DNA of 64,000 nt, taken from positions 116,064,001 through 116,128,000 of the forward strand of contig OX597816.1 of assembly GCA_951406725.2 (NCBI GenBank), written 5' to 3'. The stretch's first letter is position 1. The number at the start of each line of letters is the position of its first letter. The notes under the pieces were generated by a model, which did not search any database, was not told the DNA's origin, and worked only from the letters and a program-made list of their open reading frames with translations. The DNA is from Octopus vulgaris (lineage: Eukaryota). A program made the position numbers and the translations under genes. Below, in pieces: positions 1 through 14,249 of the stretch.

Positions 1-41
<41 letters not shown>

Positions 42-304
42 TAACAACAACAACATCAATCACAGCAACAATGTAAATTCCGTCTGTCGAGATATTTATT
101 ATTTGTTCATGTCTACACTTCATAGAAACCTGCAATCTATAAAATTAACAATGGTAGATAATCTTCCAGGAATGTATATCTATCTATTGGTATTTCAATG
201 TTGTCATTTGCTATTGTTACAATTGAAATTTGTTTGTAGCTAGTTCTATGCCCTCTTATTCCATCAATCTAGTTTTTGCTTCCTCTTGTTCATTGATCAC
301 CTGT

Positions 305-349
<45 letters not shown>

Positions 350-409
350 TGTATGCATGTATGCATATATATGTGTGTATATGTATATATATATGAATAT
401 ATATTTGTG

Positions 410-449
<40 letters not shown>

Positions 450-571
450 AAGATGTACATTAATGCATGCTACATATATGTACACAGGTATATATATATA
501 TATATTTTTAAAATAAAAATTTTCTCGTTTATTTCGTTTATACATACATACGCACACACACGCATATATAT

Positions 572-603
572 AGAGGAATGACCACTTTAGTGGTCATTCC
601 TCT
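572..603. repeat. perfect 15-bp-arm palindrome between (TA)n tracts
   Basis: agaggaatgaccact-tt-agtggtcattcctct; arms are exact reverse complements. Confidence 0.9.
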
Positions 604-609
604 TAATTT

Positions 610-645
<36 letters not shown>

Positions 646-1019
646 CATACATACATACACACACGCACACACACAGACACATATCTCTCGCTTAGGCTTT
701 CCGAGACTAATAACCTGAGGTAGAACCCGATATATGTATGTTTCAGTAGGAAATGTTAGCCGAGTATAGAGCAGCAATAAGAGAGAGGACAAAGGAATAA
801 ATGATTATTTTATGAACATCATTAGCTTAAAGATGTCTTTGTTATAGGATTCAGAGGATTCATAGTTGAGTGATCCAGGAACTGAACTACATGTCCACTG
901 CATCATGTAGCAGAAACAGCTGTTAGCTAATGCAGTTCATAATGTAATCATTTATTCCTGTGTCATCTCTTTTTCTTATTATATATATATAAAGCTGTAT
1001 ATGTATGTATAGATATATA

Positions 1020-1063
<44 letters not shown>

Positions 1064-1084
1064 ATGTATATTCAATTTAAATAA

Positions 1085-1200
1085 ACGAAATAAAGCGGGA
1101 AAATAATAACGAACGTGAGAGCGTGCACGAGAAATGTATTAGTTTGACGCTCGATTAAAGAAGAGAGTGCGTCGTTTCGAGTATGGCTCATGTAGGTGAG
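1085..1200 (-). mobile_element. decayed PLE-terminus-like repeat with eroded hammerhead
   Basis: Minus strand gag-ccata-ctc-GAAAcg followed by ...gagcgtcaaactaatac..., a tail resembling those at 34860, 37760 and 52570. Confidence 0.4.
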
Positions 1201-2253
1201 AGTGTGTATGTGCGCGTGCGTGCATGTGTCCGTGCGTGTGTGTGCGTATATGTGTGCGTACCTGTGCGAGTGTGTAAGTATGTGTGTTTGTGTGTGTGTG
1301 TGTGTGTGAGACACTTGCGCAGGTTGCCGCGTAGTAGGACTGAACCCGGAACCATATATATATATATATATATCTAGCAATCTGCATACACTTCCCACAC
1401 ACACATACATTCATACATACGTACGTGTGTGTGTATACATACATATTCATACGCACACATATACATATACATATATAAATGTATGTATGTATGTATGTAT
1501 GTATGTTTGTATGTATGTATGTATGTATGCTTGTATGTATGTATGTATGTATGCATACATGCAAGATTTATATGTGTGCTTGCGTTTGTTTAATGGTCCT
1601 GTAATGTTTCGGGGAGAACGTCCTTTTTACGAAATTGCACAATGCGTCACTGTTTGCAGACCATAACTAGTACAGTGTGACCAGAGACATTGCTTGAATT
1701 AGCCTGTCTTTCACCAGGCTAATTCATGCAATGCGTCTCGTCATAACACCCTGGAATCCTGTCCTGTAAAAAAATTGATTTACGTACATAACATAAAGAA
1801 ATGCTTAACTGAATATGTATTATTTAAGATCAGATATCAGTAGTGCGCAATTGATTGCCACATGCCTGCATCCCAAGGGAGTAATTTTACAAAAGTGTTT
1901 TAAAGTAATGAGAAACGAAATAACGCTCATCTATATGAAAATTGTTCAACAAAATTCGAAGGACCGCAGAAAATCGTAGATAAATTATTTGCCAGAAATA
2001 CTTATTTGTGTCTCCCCATATTTCTGCCTATCATTCTGTCTATCTGCCATCTGTCCATCTCACTAAACAAATATATGTGCGCGTATGCGTGTGTGTCTGT
2101 GCTGGTGTGTGTGTATATATAGATATACATATGTATATATAAATATATATATATATATATACATTTCAACAATTGAGGGTAAAATTAATTAATTATTAAT
2201 CAATTTCACCGAGTTCAGTATGCGGCGAAGTAATTTATTTTACTAAGCCCTTT

Positions 2254-2307
<54 letters not shown>

Positions 2308-2376
2308 GTATGTAGGTATGCATGTATGTGTGTGTGTATGTATGTATGTAAATATATATGTATAAATATATATATA

Positions 2377-3245
2377 CGTGGTCTGATCAATAAGCATCCG
2401 GACTGTTGCATAAGTAACGAAACCAAAACACGCAAATTGAAGCCGCTTGGCACAGATTAACCTTGAACTCTGCTGTGCATGCGCATTAAATTTTAACGTT
2501 CTAGCTCACTTTCACTGTTTACAGCAGTGCTTGGAATGAAAGTGTGTCGCGTTTGACCGTCGCATTGAGAAAAAGTTGAGCAAAGAATCTGCATCAAATT
2601 TTGCCAAAAGCTTTTTGATATCTGCTCAAAGGCCTATGCAAAGTTTTCAACAATTCTTTCATCGTTCTCGATACAATCAAGATGTTGTGTAACTGAAACC
2701 CGAATGTTCTTTTGATCAGCTAAAAGCTGTATTGGCACAAACTTGGCAGACATGCGTCTCATACTCAAATTTTCAGTGATAATGGACTGAACTGAACCGC
2801 AACTAATCCGCACATCATCTGATAACTCACGGATGGTGATTCGACAATTTCTTCTCACAGTTGCGCACACATCTGCGACGTTTTTCTCAGTTCTGCTAAT
2901 TGCGGGTTTCTCAGAATGTTCGTCAATATCGACATTTTTCAGCCATCTTGGAAACATATGAACCACTCGTACACTTGTGCGCAACTCATACACTCCTCTC
3001 CAGATACTTTTGGCAACTTTGAGCAGGCCTCTGAGCAGGTATCGCCATGACAACTTTTTCAGTCATGGGTCAATGCACATCTTCCTTCCAAGCGCTACTG
3101 TAAACAGCGGAAGTAAGCTAGAACGTTGAAACCTAGCGCGCATGCACAACGGAGTTTAAGGTCAGTTCTTGCTAAGCAGCTTCCCTCTGCATACTTTAGC
3201 TTTGTTACTATGGCAACAATCCGAATATTGTTTGATCAGACCTCG
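2377..3245. mobile_element. mariner-derived fold-back element made of two inverted 5' ends; TA target duplication
   Basis: TIRs cgtggtctgatcaa... / ...ttgatcagacctcg flanked by TA; ~270 bp imperfect inverted repeat; + strand encodes EKVEQRICIKFCQKL (mariner N-terminus); - strand ORF 2634-3053 encodes HTH region ITIRELSDDVRISCGSVQSIITENLSMRRMSAKFVP; no DDD domain. Confidence 0.88.
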
Positions 3246-3247
3246 TA

Positions 3248-3299
<52 letters not shown>

Positions 3300-3659
3300 C
3301 ATATTATCGTACATACATAAATATATATATATATATATATATGCTAATAACTATATATTGTTAATACCGTCATATCTTTTGCTAACTTAAGTTTAACAAA
3401 CATAAACTACCCAACATCTCACTATCGAATGTGAAGAGTAGAAACTAAAGCCATGCTGTAATTCTACACAGGAAGTTTATGTATAATTTTCATGCACTAT
3501 CAATACGTATACAGGCACAGAGAAAGAAACATACTTCATCCTCACTCACCTTCTATCTTGTGAACAATAGAAAGGATTACAGCTTGTTTCCGAATATATA
3601 TACATGTAGAGAGAGATATAAACACATCCACACACACACACATATATTATACCAAGATA

Positions 3660-3899
3660 GATACGTTTCGGGGATATAAACACATCAACATCGGTTCTCA
3701 AGCGATGGTGGGGGACGAACACAAAGACACATATATGTATACACGATGGGCTTCTTTCAGATTCCTTCAACCAAATCCACTCACAAGGCTTTGGTCGGCT
3801 AAAGTAGAAGATACTATCCCAAGCTACCACGCAGTAGGGCTGAACCCGGAAACAGGTTGTTGGGAAGTAAGCTTCCTACCACACAGCCACGCCTGCACC
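3660..3899 (-). mobile_element. tRNA-derived CORE-like SINE (family A), degenerate
   Basis: Matches the copies at 7001, 18601, 19830 and 51250 (ccaaatccactcacaaggctttggtcggc; ctgaacccggaa; ccacacagccac). Confidence 0.85.
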
Positions 3900-4078
3900 T
3901 ATGTGTGTGTGTGTGCGTGTGCGTGTGCGTGTGTGTGTGCGTGTGTGTGTGCGTGTGCGTGTTTGTAGTCCCCCTGCTTAACACCTTCAGCCGACCAAAG
4001 CCTTGTGAATGAATTTGGTAGACGGAAAGTGAAAGAAGCTCATCATGTATATAGATAGATAGATAGATAGATAGATAT

Positions 4079-4137
<59 letters not shown>

Positions 4138-4721
4138 TAGATATAAATGTAGGTATTTATATCGAAAAACAAACACAGGACCGCACGCATGCGCATAACT
4201 ATATACATATATGCATATTCATATATTTATACACTAATACAATACAGACATACGTACATACATGCATACATATTTACAAACAAAAAATTCCTCTCAAAAC
4301 TTTTCAGAGAAACGAATGTATCTCTAAATTTAAAATAAAAGCTCAAAAAGAAAATATATATGTAATACCATTTGTAAGACTTATATATACACTATCACCA
4401 AACTCTATTTTCGATATTGAAAATGAGGGATGCTATATAGATTTGTGTTTTATCTTACTTTCTGCAGTAGGTTACGTATGCTAACGGGGTGTAGTAAGTA
4501 GGTAGGTAGGTAGGTAGGTAGGTAGGTAGAAGAAATCATACCACACGTATTACAATTAGTGTATTTAGATTCACTACATCTACTCATGGAGCAGAGTTTG
4601 TTTAATTAAATAATTCTTTACCCGAGGCAGGTCTTACAACAGATGTCTTTACAGATTAAATACAAAACAGTTTTGGAATATTTGGAATATAGAATATGTT
4701 TTGCCTCATACAGATTCAGTT

Positions 4722-4799
4722 TGATGATGATGATGATGATGATGACGACGACGACGACGACGATGATGACTATGATGATGGTGATGACAACGTTGTTGT

Positions 4800-4831
<32 letters not shown>

Positions 4832-5145
4832 ATGATAATGAAGACGATGATGATGATGATGATGATGACAACGACGACGCCAATATAGGTGGTGATGATA
4901 GTGTTGGTGGTAGTGGAGGAGGAGGAGGAAGTGGTGGTGGTGGTGGTGATGGTAGTGGTTGTGATGGTGGTGGTGGTGGTGGTGTGTGCGTTGATGGTGG
5001 TAGTTATATTGTTGATGACGGTGGTGGTGGTAATGATTAGCAGACGAAGGAGGAGGTGGAGGAGGAGGAGAAGAAGAGGAAGAGAAGAAGGAGAAGAAGA
5101 AGAAGAAGAAGAAGAAGAAGAAGAAGAGGAAGAGGAAGGAGAGTC
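4722..5145. repeat. mosaic trinucleotide microsatellite (GAT/GAC/GGT/GAG/GAA)
   Basis: Direct reading; source of the poly-D/M/I/E ORFs. Confidence 0.9.
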
Positions 5146-5368
5146 ATGAATGACAGGAACGTCGAAGGCCACAGAGCAAGAGGAAGTAGGTGTGGGGGAA
5201 AACAGAGTAAACTGATAATAGATATTCCATTAATATAATTACAATTAAAAATGTATCTGATGTAAACAATTTCGAAAAGTTTAATTAACATTTTTCATTT
5301 CCAAAATTTATTTTATTTCATTCCCATCTTTATTATTTTTGTTATTATCATCATCATCCTCATCATCA

Positions 5369-5417
<49 letters not shown>

Positions 5418-7000
5418 CTCTCCCCTTTTCATGTGTGTAATGTTCATCTTATTTTTATGTATTCATTTTGTTTATGTAATCCCTTGTTTATTTCTAATAT
5501 TTTCTGATTGACTGACTGATCACAAGTCTATTAATCTTCTAAGCTCTCCACATTTGGACACCTGTTTTGCTAATGTAACGACATGCTGAGGAATCTTCAC
5601 AATTATATTTTCATTCACTCCTTACTGGCGTGTTGCTGTTGTTGTTGTTGCTGTTTTCGTTGTTGCCAGCAATTTATTATATTTTTCCATATTTTTCTTA
5701 TTGTTTTCGTTTCTTTCTTTTTCCCCCTCTGATCTGTTACGTTTTAATTTTTTTTATTTCTTTTTGGCTGATGTTTTCTTTTTCTTTTCTTTTTTTTTTT
5801 CTTTTTTTTTCAGCTAAATAATTTTCTTGAACTTCCAGTTGATGAGAAAATTGTCTTTGAGATGAAATGTGATAGAAAGCAATAAAATATAGAAGAAAAA
5901 TAACATCTAAACATGATCGTGTTTTATATGAATAGGCTGCCGTATTTCTTTACTAGAAACATAACTAAAAACAGCCAAAGGTAAATAAGTAAACATATTT
6001 TCAATTTCTCGACAAAATGATTCATAATAATTATAGCGTTAGGTGAGTTTAGGGTGCTGAAATTCAGATTGATCTGCGAATCAGAAGTTCAAATTATGAT
6101 ATAGTCAACTCTCTACCCTAAATCAGAACTGCCCTGTCGACATTCATTTTTTGTAGGACTAACTAGGACTGAATTAAATATATTGTTTTTCGTCTAAAAC
6201 AGAATTATGCAATTCTAGGTATATTTACTCGCTATTTTAACAATATGCGTATGTAGTTAGGAACCCTAATAACCCTGACTCAATACACTCTTGGTCAAAG
6301 ATATCCCAGATGTGATTTTTCTGCTTTTTAAAGGTAACTAGGATTGTAGCGAATGTCCTCTCCATTTTTAAACAGTAGTTTGTGATTTCAAGGAGATTTG
6401 GTTACTGCTTCCAATTTAAAGTTTTAAAATACGAGTTGGAAATCCGGAAATTCAAAAACATTTGTTATATCGCAATAATACACAGTGGCTGTGTGAGCGT
6501 CTCATCCTCGTCGCTACTGTTATGTCGCACGTTTGGATGCCTTCTACTCAACTCTGCTCTTCTCTCTCTGCTACTCTACTGTTTTCTGACGTCTAGACTT
6601 CTCCCTCTATATCTACGTATTGTGCTAGCCTACTTCATCGTCTGGGGGTGTCCACACAACAATATTCCTATTTCAAATCAAAATATCCTTGCTTTAGGCA
6701 GCGTTATTGTTTTAGCTCTTGTTTAAAGCCGCGTAAATCCTCATACAGCAGATTTATGATCAACATAATTCCAATCGTGACCATACTTGACCTTTAGGAA
6801 TAACATCATTACCTAATTTGTCCTTTCAGCAGGATGTGATCTTAGTGTTGTTTGGTTGACATGTATAGCAACCCGAAGTTAGTGCAAAAATATATAATTG
6901 ATAAGGGTATAAAAATTAGGGAGCAATATCTGTTTTCAGTCAAGTCGACAGAGTTGTGGAAACCAACTAAAGGTCAGAGATTACTATCTTTACAACATCA

Positions 7001-7396
7001 TTACTCTTTTAGTCTTTTACTTGTTTCAGTCATTTGACTGCGGCCATGCTGGAGCACCGCCTTTAGTCGAGCAAATCGACCCCGGGACTTATTCTTTGTA
7101 AGCCCAGTACTTATTCTATCGTTCTCTTTTGCCGAACCGCTAAGTGACGGGGACGTAAAGACACCAGCATTTGTTGTCAAGCAATGCTAAGGGGACAAAC
7201 ACAGACACACAAACACACACACATACATATATATATACATATATACGACAGGCTTCTTTCAGTTTCCGTCTACCAAATCCACTCACAAGGCATTGGTCGG
7301 CCCGGGGCTATAGCAGAAGACACTTGCCCAAGATGCCACGCCGTGGGACTGAACCCGGAACCATGTGGCTGGTTAGCAAGTTATTTACCACACAGC
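7001..7396 (-). mobile_element. near full-length SINE family A (tRNA head, CORE-like domain, internal TA/TG microsatellite, gagtaaaa-type tail)
   Basis: Minus strand A-box gctgtgtggtaa, B-box gggttcagtccc, CORE-like ttgggcaagtgtct; colinear with 51250-51670. Confidence 0.9.
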
Positions 7397-8584
7397 TGTA
7401 TAGTTTTTGTTGTCAAATCACCTAACTTTCAGATAATTCTATGCATAAAGCTTTTAATATGTATGATAAAGTATGGAGAATTTAACACAGATCACTGTAA
7501 ATTAACTGATGTTTAATTTTTGATGTTTTTATTGTTGCCGCTTACCTTTCATTCAGCCATGATGCGGTAGATGATTAATAGAAGAACTGTAACGAATACT
7601 CTACCGAATTTTATTCAGAAATTGTTCCCCAGATGTCTAAATCATCTGTGTTCTTTTTGAAAGACAGTACCATTTGAGGGAAATTCTGATGCTAGTTTTT
7701 GACGGTCAAGCAACAACATAGAGCCTCTATAGGCTTATATTTCACTATATTACAGAGCTGAATTAAACTGACACAATACGGAATGCAAAAAGCTGCAATT
7801 AATACATTCACTCGGTTATGTCCACAACAGGTTTTTAAACTCCGAAACAGATCACAGCAATCTAACGGAAGACATATAGGATAGTGGCTAGGCAACTAGG
7901 CTTCTTGGATTGAGAAGAGCGTTATTCCCTTTGACAAGGCACTTCATGTTGCTGTTGGCTCTCCAAATTGACAGATTACCTGATTCGCGTCAAGTGATAC
8001 GCTTCCAAACCTCATAAGGCACGAGAAGCAATGCGTTCAACTGAGGGTTGTCATAGCCTATCGTTAATGTTTACATTTTAGATTTTCAGCAATCTTATTT
8101 ATTTGCAATTTATTGCTCCTGCTGCTTATAGTGATGAATTACAGACCAGCGTTATTCAGAGTTATATTATATTGATCTAGGTTATTTACAAGTTACCTGT
8201 CTTGATCATAAGTTCAAACTCATGTAGGTAATATGGATAATGACACTTCAGTTTTCTCTGTTCCTTATAAGCTTAGAAATTAGGCGAAAGATTACCAATG
8301 ATATCTACTGTCATACGTAGATGGAGTATGCAATGATGCAGATAGTACCCAGCTTGAAAATCTGAAGACAAAAATGCATAGAAAGATTTAAGACCTAAAA
8401 TAAAATAAAATAAAATAATACAAATAACAACAGAAATGAGACTATTTGTCGTGACTAGTCATCTTTCACAGCACTTGTAAATATAATTAAATAAGGCCTT
8501 TTTAAGGCCGAAACACATCACCGCACTGTCAAACAAATATACATTCCCCCACGTTATTGCTCATATTAGAGTTGATTTCTTATT

Positions 8585-8783
8585 TTGGCAAAAGGCTAGT
8601 AATTTCAAGGGAAGGAGAAGTCGATTACATCGATCCTAGTAATCAGCTAGTTCCTATTTCATCGACTCCGAAGGTATTAAAGACAACATCGATATCGGCG
8701 GAATTCGAACTTAGAAGGTTAAGACGACGAAGTGCCGCTAAGAATTTTGTCCGACGGGCTAACGGTTCTGCCAGCTCACCGCT
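8585..8783 (-). mobile_element. tRNA-SINE family B, older monomer
   Basis: Head gcggtgagctggcagaaccgttagc, B-box gttcgaattccgccga; homologous to the copies at 44577 and 62508. Confidence 0.8.
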
Positions 8784-8799
8784 GTAATTCCTACATTAA

Positions 8800-9200
8800 T
8801 ATTCTTTTCTACTCAAGGCACAAGGCCCGAAAGTTTTTTGAGGGGCGGGGGGGTTCAGTCGATTAGATCGATCTCAGTACGCAAGTAGTACTTAATTTAT
8901 CGACCCCGAAAGGATGAAAGACAAAGTCAACTTCAGCGGAGTTTGAACTCAGAACCTAAAGACAGACGAAACACCTTTTTTTTCTACCCACAAGGGGCTA
9001 AACACAGAAGAGACAAACAAGGACAGACACACGGATCAAGTCGATTAAGTCGAGTACCAGTGCGTAACAGGTACTTATTTAATCGACCCCGAAACATGAA
9101 AGGCAATGTCGACCTCGGCGGAATTTGAACTCAGATCGTAACGGCAGACGAAATACCACTAAACATTTCGCTCGGCGTGCTAACGTTTCTGCCAGCTGGC
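8800..9200 (-). mobile_element. tRNA-SINE family B, dimeric form
   Basis: Two tandem atcgacccc-gaaa..atgaaag.caa.gtc.ac.tc.gcgga.tttgaactcaga units joined at cagacgaaa.ac; same structure as 62508-62892. Confidence 0.85.
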
Positions 9201-9360
9201 CACATTTCCTATAATAGTATTAATTAACATTAAACTTTGTTGGTTCTCTTAAAATTAATTTCATCATTAAGTCAATTTGTTTTTACTCGCCGTGAGCGTA
9301 GTATTGCTTTAAGATGTCGTCGTCGACAACACCATGGACTCTCAAATTGGATTGCGCAAC

Positions 9361-9690
9361 GGAGTAACAAAAACGTACTTCGGTATGACGTGCAACTCGT
9401 ACAGGGAAAGGTATACACAACACCTGGCGTCATTCAGAGATAAAAATAATTAAAAAAAATATGCAGCATCCTTATCAAATATGATATGAACATTTAAAGG
9501 TATAACATGCAAACCGACAAAAAAATGGACCCTTATTGATAGAGCAAAAAAATACAGAGGACAGGATACCAAATGTGAAATCTGTACTATGGAAAAACTA
9601 AGCATTATACAATCAACATAACATCCCAAGCATTAGGGATGAAATCTTCTCTCCCTGCTTACATAAGCAGTATATTACACTCAAATACTT
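9361..9690 (+). pseudogene. Penelope-like element GIY-YIG endonuclease C-terminal remnant
   Basis: Manual translation GVTKTYFGMTCNSYRERYTQHLASFRDK ... KWTLIDRAKKYRGQDTKCEICTMEKLSII ... RDEIFSPCLHK fits the PLE YIG..RY..H..SF / C..C..EK / C.H pattern; stops and frameshifts. Confidence 0.75.
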
Positions 9691-10419
9691 CAAAGCAGAG
9701 CCGCCATCTGCGACGTTAGTTCTACCAGGATAGCTCCTTTCCTGAACGTGAAATTTGAACACAGATAGCACACAAAATCCACGCACAAGAAAAATGACCC
9801 AATGACGAAGTACCTCATCGCACAAGAACATAAAATAATACACCCAGAAAATAAAATAAAATGATGCAAATAAATTGACCGCACAACTATTTTCCCAAAA
9901 GCCAAATCCAAGGAAAACAAGCATTCAAAAGATGCCATCCAAGAGTAACGTCACTTGTGTGAATATATGTGTGCATGTATGTATATGTTTGCACAAGAGT
10001 GTACATTGTTTTCTCTTTGATTATGCAAACCACGTGAATAAATGTACAGTTAACTTCTTATTGCATTCAAATAAATGCCCACTTAACCGATCAAAATCTC
10101 AAGCGGCATTGGTTGCAATTACCAATGAGTGTTTTCTACACCGCCAACCACCTAGGTGAGAAAAAAATGTATTTTCTACAAAGTGAGCAATCTTAGTATT
10201 AATCTGTTAAAATCTCTCGAGAAGTTCTGAAGCCAAAAACTAATCATAATAAATAACTACATAACAAGGAAAAATAAAGAATACAAAGATAAACAAATAA
10301 AATTGAAAGTAAAAAAAGAAAGATAAACAATTAGACCTAACAATGTTATCTATAGATTAACTGTCATAAATTGAAGCCAACAGTTAACTACTAATGCAAT
10401 GAAAATTGCAATAATAATA

Positions 10420-10466
10420 ATAATGATGGTAGTGATGGTGATGCCAATGATGATGATGATGACGAC

Positions 10467-10498
<32 letters not shown>

Positions 10499-10584
10499 CG
10501 GTGATGATGATGACGACGACGACGACGATGACGACGACGACGATGACGACGACGACGGCGACGGTGATAACTGTGAGGATAGTT

Positions 10585-10624
<40 letters not shown>

Positions 10625-10745
10625 CGATGACGATGACGGTGACAATGATAATAATGGTGACGACGATGACGATGGTGATGATGATGACGACGACGATGAC
10701 ATTGGCAACAACAACAACAGCAACAACATCAACGACATCAACGAC
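10420..10745. repeat. mosaic (GAT)/(GAC)n microsatellite
   Basis: Direct reading. Confidence 0.9.
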
Positions 10746-11487
10746 TGCAATATCACAATATGGTCTTCGCCGGCATTGGACAAAATACAATGCAATTCTT
10801 TGAAATTGAAGAAAATATGAATGGTGTTGCCAAAAAAAAAAATAGAATATATATCAATAACAATAATAATAATAATAATTGTAAAATAAATCAGGAGGAA
10901 TTCTTCACATTTTTGGTTCACTGAAGATCACAGAAGAATATCTTTTATATTTCATTTTATTTTATTTTATTTTATTTTTTTACTATTATTTTTCAAGAGG
11001 AGTAACACGAGATGTGGAAAGAGAGAAAATACGAAATCAAGAGCATAAAAAAGTATTGAGGAAATTATCACTAAAGAGGAGAAAGATATTAAAAGATATT
11101 CATTCTATCTAGTGGCTATTCCATTAGGGTTCTTAATTATCCAAGAGTAATCACACGAAACAAGCCTTTTCCGAGAGTGTCAAGGGAAATGCAGATATTC
11201 TTTATAAAGATTCTTTCAGAAAAAAATAGGAAAAACTGCTATCTTTGTTAAATCTCTCGAGCCAATGTATGTATGTTTGTATATACGCATGTTTGAATGT
11301 CTGCGAATGTCTATGAGAGTGTATGTATGTATGTATGTATGTATGTATGTATGTATGTATGTATGTATGTATGTATGTATGTATGTATGCATGCATGATG
11401 TTAGGTATGCTTGTGTGAATTCATTTTGTGCTTGTATGTATGCATATATATATTAATATATTCATATGTATGGCTATGTCTGCATGA

Positions 11488-11528
<41 letters not shown>

Positions 11529-11685
11529 AACACATCCATTCTTCCACTCACGCAGTGGCCCATTCATAAATTTGTATATCGAGCGATAGAAAGATAGATA
11601 GATAGATAAATAGATAGACAAATGATAGATATAGTGAACGGAAGACATGTATATATGCAGGTATATGTATATACAGTTATATATG

Positions 11686-11749
<64 letters not shown>

Positions 11750-11919
11750 GTGAAATAGAAAGATGAATAATCTTGTAGTAGATTAATCAAAAGTTTAACC
11801 GATACCTTAGTAGCAAAAATCACAGCAGTAAAAACAGCACGGTTGGAGGTACAACCATATGGTGTTGCAACCGTGCGTTGGTGCGGATAATTGAAATTAG
11901 AACATATTCACCAATAATG

Positions 11920-11979
<60 letters not shown>

Positions 11980-12680
11980 ATATATATATATATATAAACA
12001 CATCGTACGCTATATTTATCGTATGTTTATCTCGCTATCTGTTCGTATATCTCTCTATCTATTTATCTATCTTTCTAATATACACGTATGCATACATACA
12101 CACGCACACATGTATATATATATATAAATATATATATACATACATATGTATATATATATTTATATACATAAATACATATATGCATGTATTGTGCGGTATA
12201 TATATATATATATATATTCATTCATAGAATATTATGGTTATCACAGAAGTCTCGTCTAGTGGACCTGGGTATCATACAACATAGTAATCCAGTACGGAGG
12301 CGTGTTATGCAAAGCTTTATGCAGCTGAATTTCAGATCGAATCGATGAAATAATTTCACGGGGATTATATAAACCATAAAAAATCAGTATGAATATATAT
12401 ATTTATTTAGCCACTTGATGTCCCTAGGATTGCAGCAGGTTCGAAGCATTCATTATATAATGATAATTTCAGTTTATAATAAATTATTTCTCAAAATTTT
12501 TCTGACACGATGTTATGGTGATCTGGGGAGTAAGCTTTCTTTATCTGCATTGATCTGTAAATGTTCAATCGGACCATGCTTAGCCTGCATATTAATGCAG
12601 ACATGTAAAATAACTTATTATTTATCACATATATATTCCATATATAAGCACACACACACATACACACATATATATATATT

Positions 12681-12776
12681 TTAGGTGTTTTCGCTCAATA
12701 AACACTCACAATGCCCGGTCTGGGAATCGAAACCGCGATCCTACGACCGCGGGTCCGCTGCCCTAATCACTGGGCA
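12681..12776 (-). mobile_element. tRNA-derived SINE head (family C), 5' fragment
   Basis: Minus strand gcccagtgattagggcagcggac...ggtttcgattcccagaccggg has Pol III A- and B-boxes but no acceptor-stem closure. Confidence 0.7.
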
Positions 12777-12828
12777 CCTCCACATATATATATTTGTGTA
12801 TATATATATATATGTGTGTATATATATA

Positions 12829-12908
<80 letters not shown>

Positions 12909-13220
12909 TATATTTATATACATATATATATATGTATGTATGTATATACATATATAATCTTTAAATATGTAAATAACATTAATACTCATAAGCGATAATA
13001 ATGTTAGTGGCCGTATAGGCAAAACAAGGGTGCTATGAAGTACCAGCTGGGACTACATATCGCCCTAGTTATATATAATTCTTAAATGTATCTATTAATT
13101 TTGCCTATATATATATATATGCTAGATACATGGATAGACAGATAATTTGCTTGCAATTTCTGTCTGTCAGTTACTCTTGCACATAAATACAGACATATAT
13201 TCACACATACATATATCACA

Positions 13221-13310
<90 letters not shown>

Positions 13311-13509
13311 GTATATATGTGATATATATGTGTGTGTGTTTACATATCAACGCGCATTGTATTAAGATGTATATACACGTATATACACTATAAATATATT
13401 CTTTCATTCTTTTATTTGTTTGTCATTTGACTGCGGCCATGCTGGAGCAACGTCTTTACATGTGTGTATATATATATATATATATGAACATGTAAATATA
13501 TATGAATTT

Positions 13510-13725
13510 ACATACATGCACGCATACATACATACATACATACATACATACATACATACATACATACATACATACATACATACATACATACATACATACA
13601 TACATACATACATACATACATACATACATACATACATACATACATACATACATACATACATACATACATACATACATACATACATACATACATACATACA
13701 TACATACATACATACATACATACAT
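13510..13725. repeat. (CATA)n tetranucleotide array
   Basis: About 50 near-perfect units. Confidence 0.95.
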
Positions 13726-14208
13726 GCACTGACTCAGAAATATCACGGTAGACAAAGATACTGAGCAAAAGGTAAAGAGTTGAGAATCAGTTCACTGAAC
13801 AGAGGATAGAAAACAGATAGAAGAGAAAGAAAGAAAGAAAGCACAAAGATACGCTGCATAACTACCTACTTAGAGAAATTATGCTGTATAGAAGTGATGT
13901 CTGTTATAAATGTACTTTATATTGTTTAGTATGATAAGGGAAAATGTTATTGTTGTATTTATGAATGGCATAGGGTATTGAAAAAATTCATTGAACTGGA
14001 GTAGGTGAAGAATGCCATATATGTATAAGGGGTAAATGGGAAGAAGAAAATAGTAAAACAGTATTGAGTGAATGGCATGGAATAGGTAATTTTATGAAGC
14101 AGTCTGGTATCTTTGACTGTATACAATAGCAAAAGCATATATATATATATATATGTGTGTGTGTATAATATATAATATATATATATATGTGTGCGTGTGT
14201 GTTTCTGG

Positions 14209-14249
<41 letters not shown>

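Noticed and set aside
6490-6658. Solo LTR-like TG...CA segment
   Set aside because: No TSD, PBS or second copy in the window
10105-10160. gcgg..ccgc stem plus cacctaggtg palindrome downstream of the PLE remnant
   Set aside because: Core nucleotides absent; too eroded to call
12681-12776. Possible tRNA gene
   Set aside because: A/B boxes present but no closed cloverleaf; continues as SINE sequence
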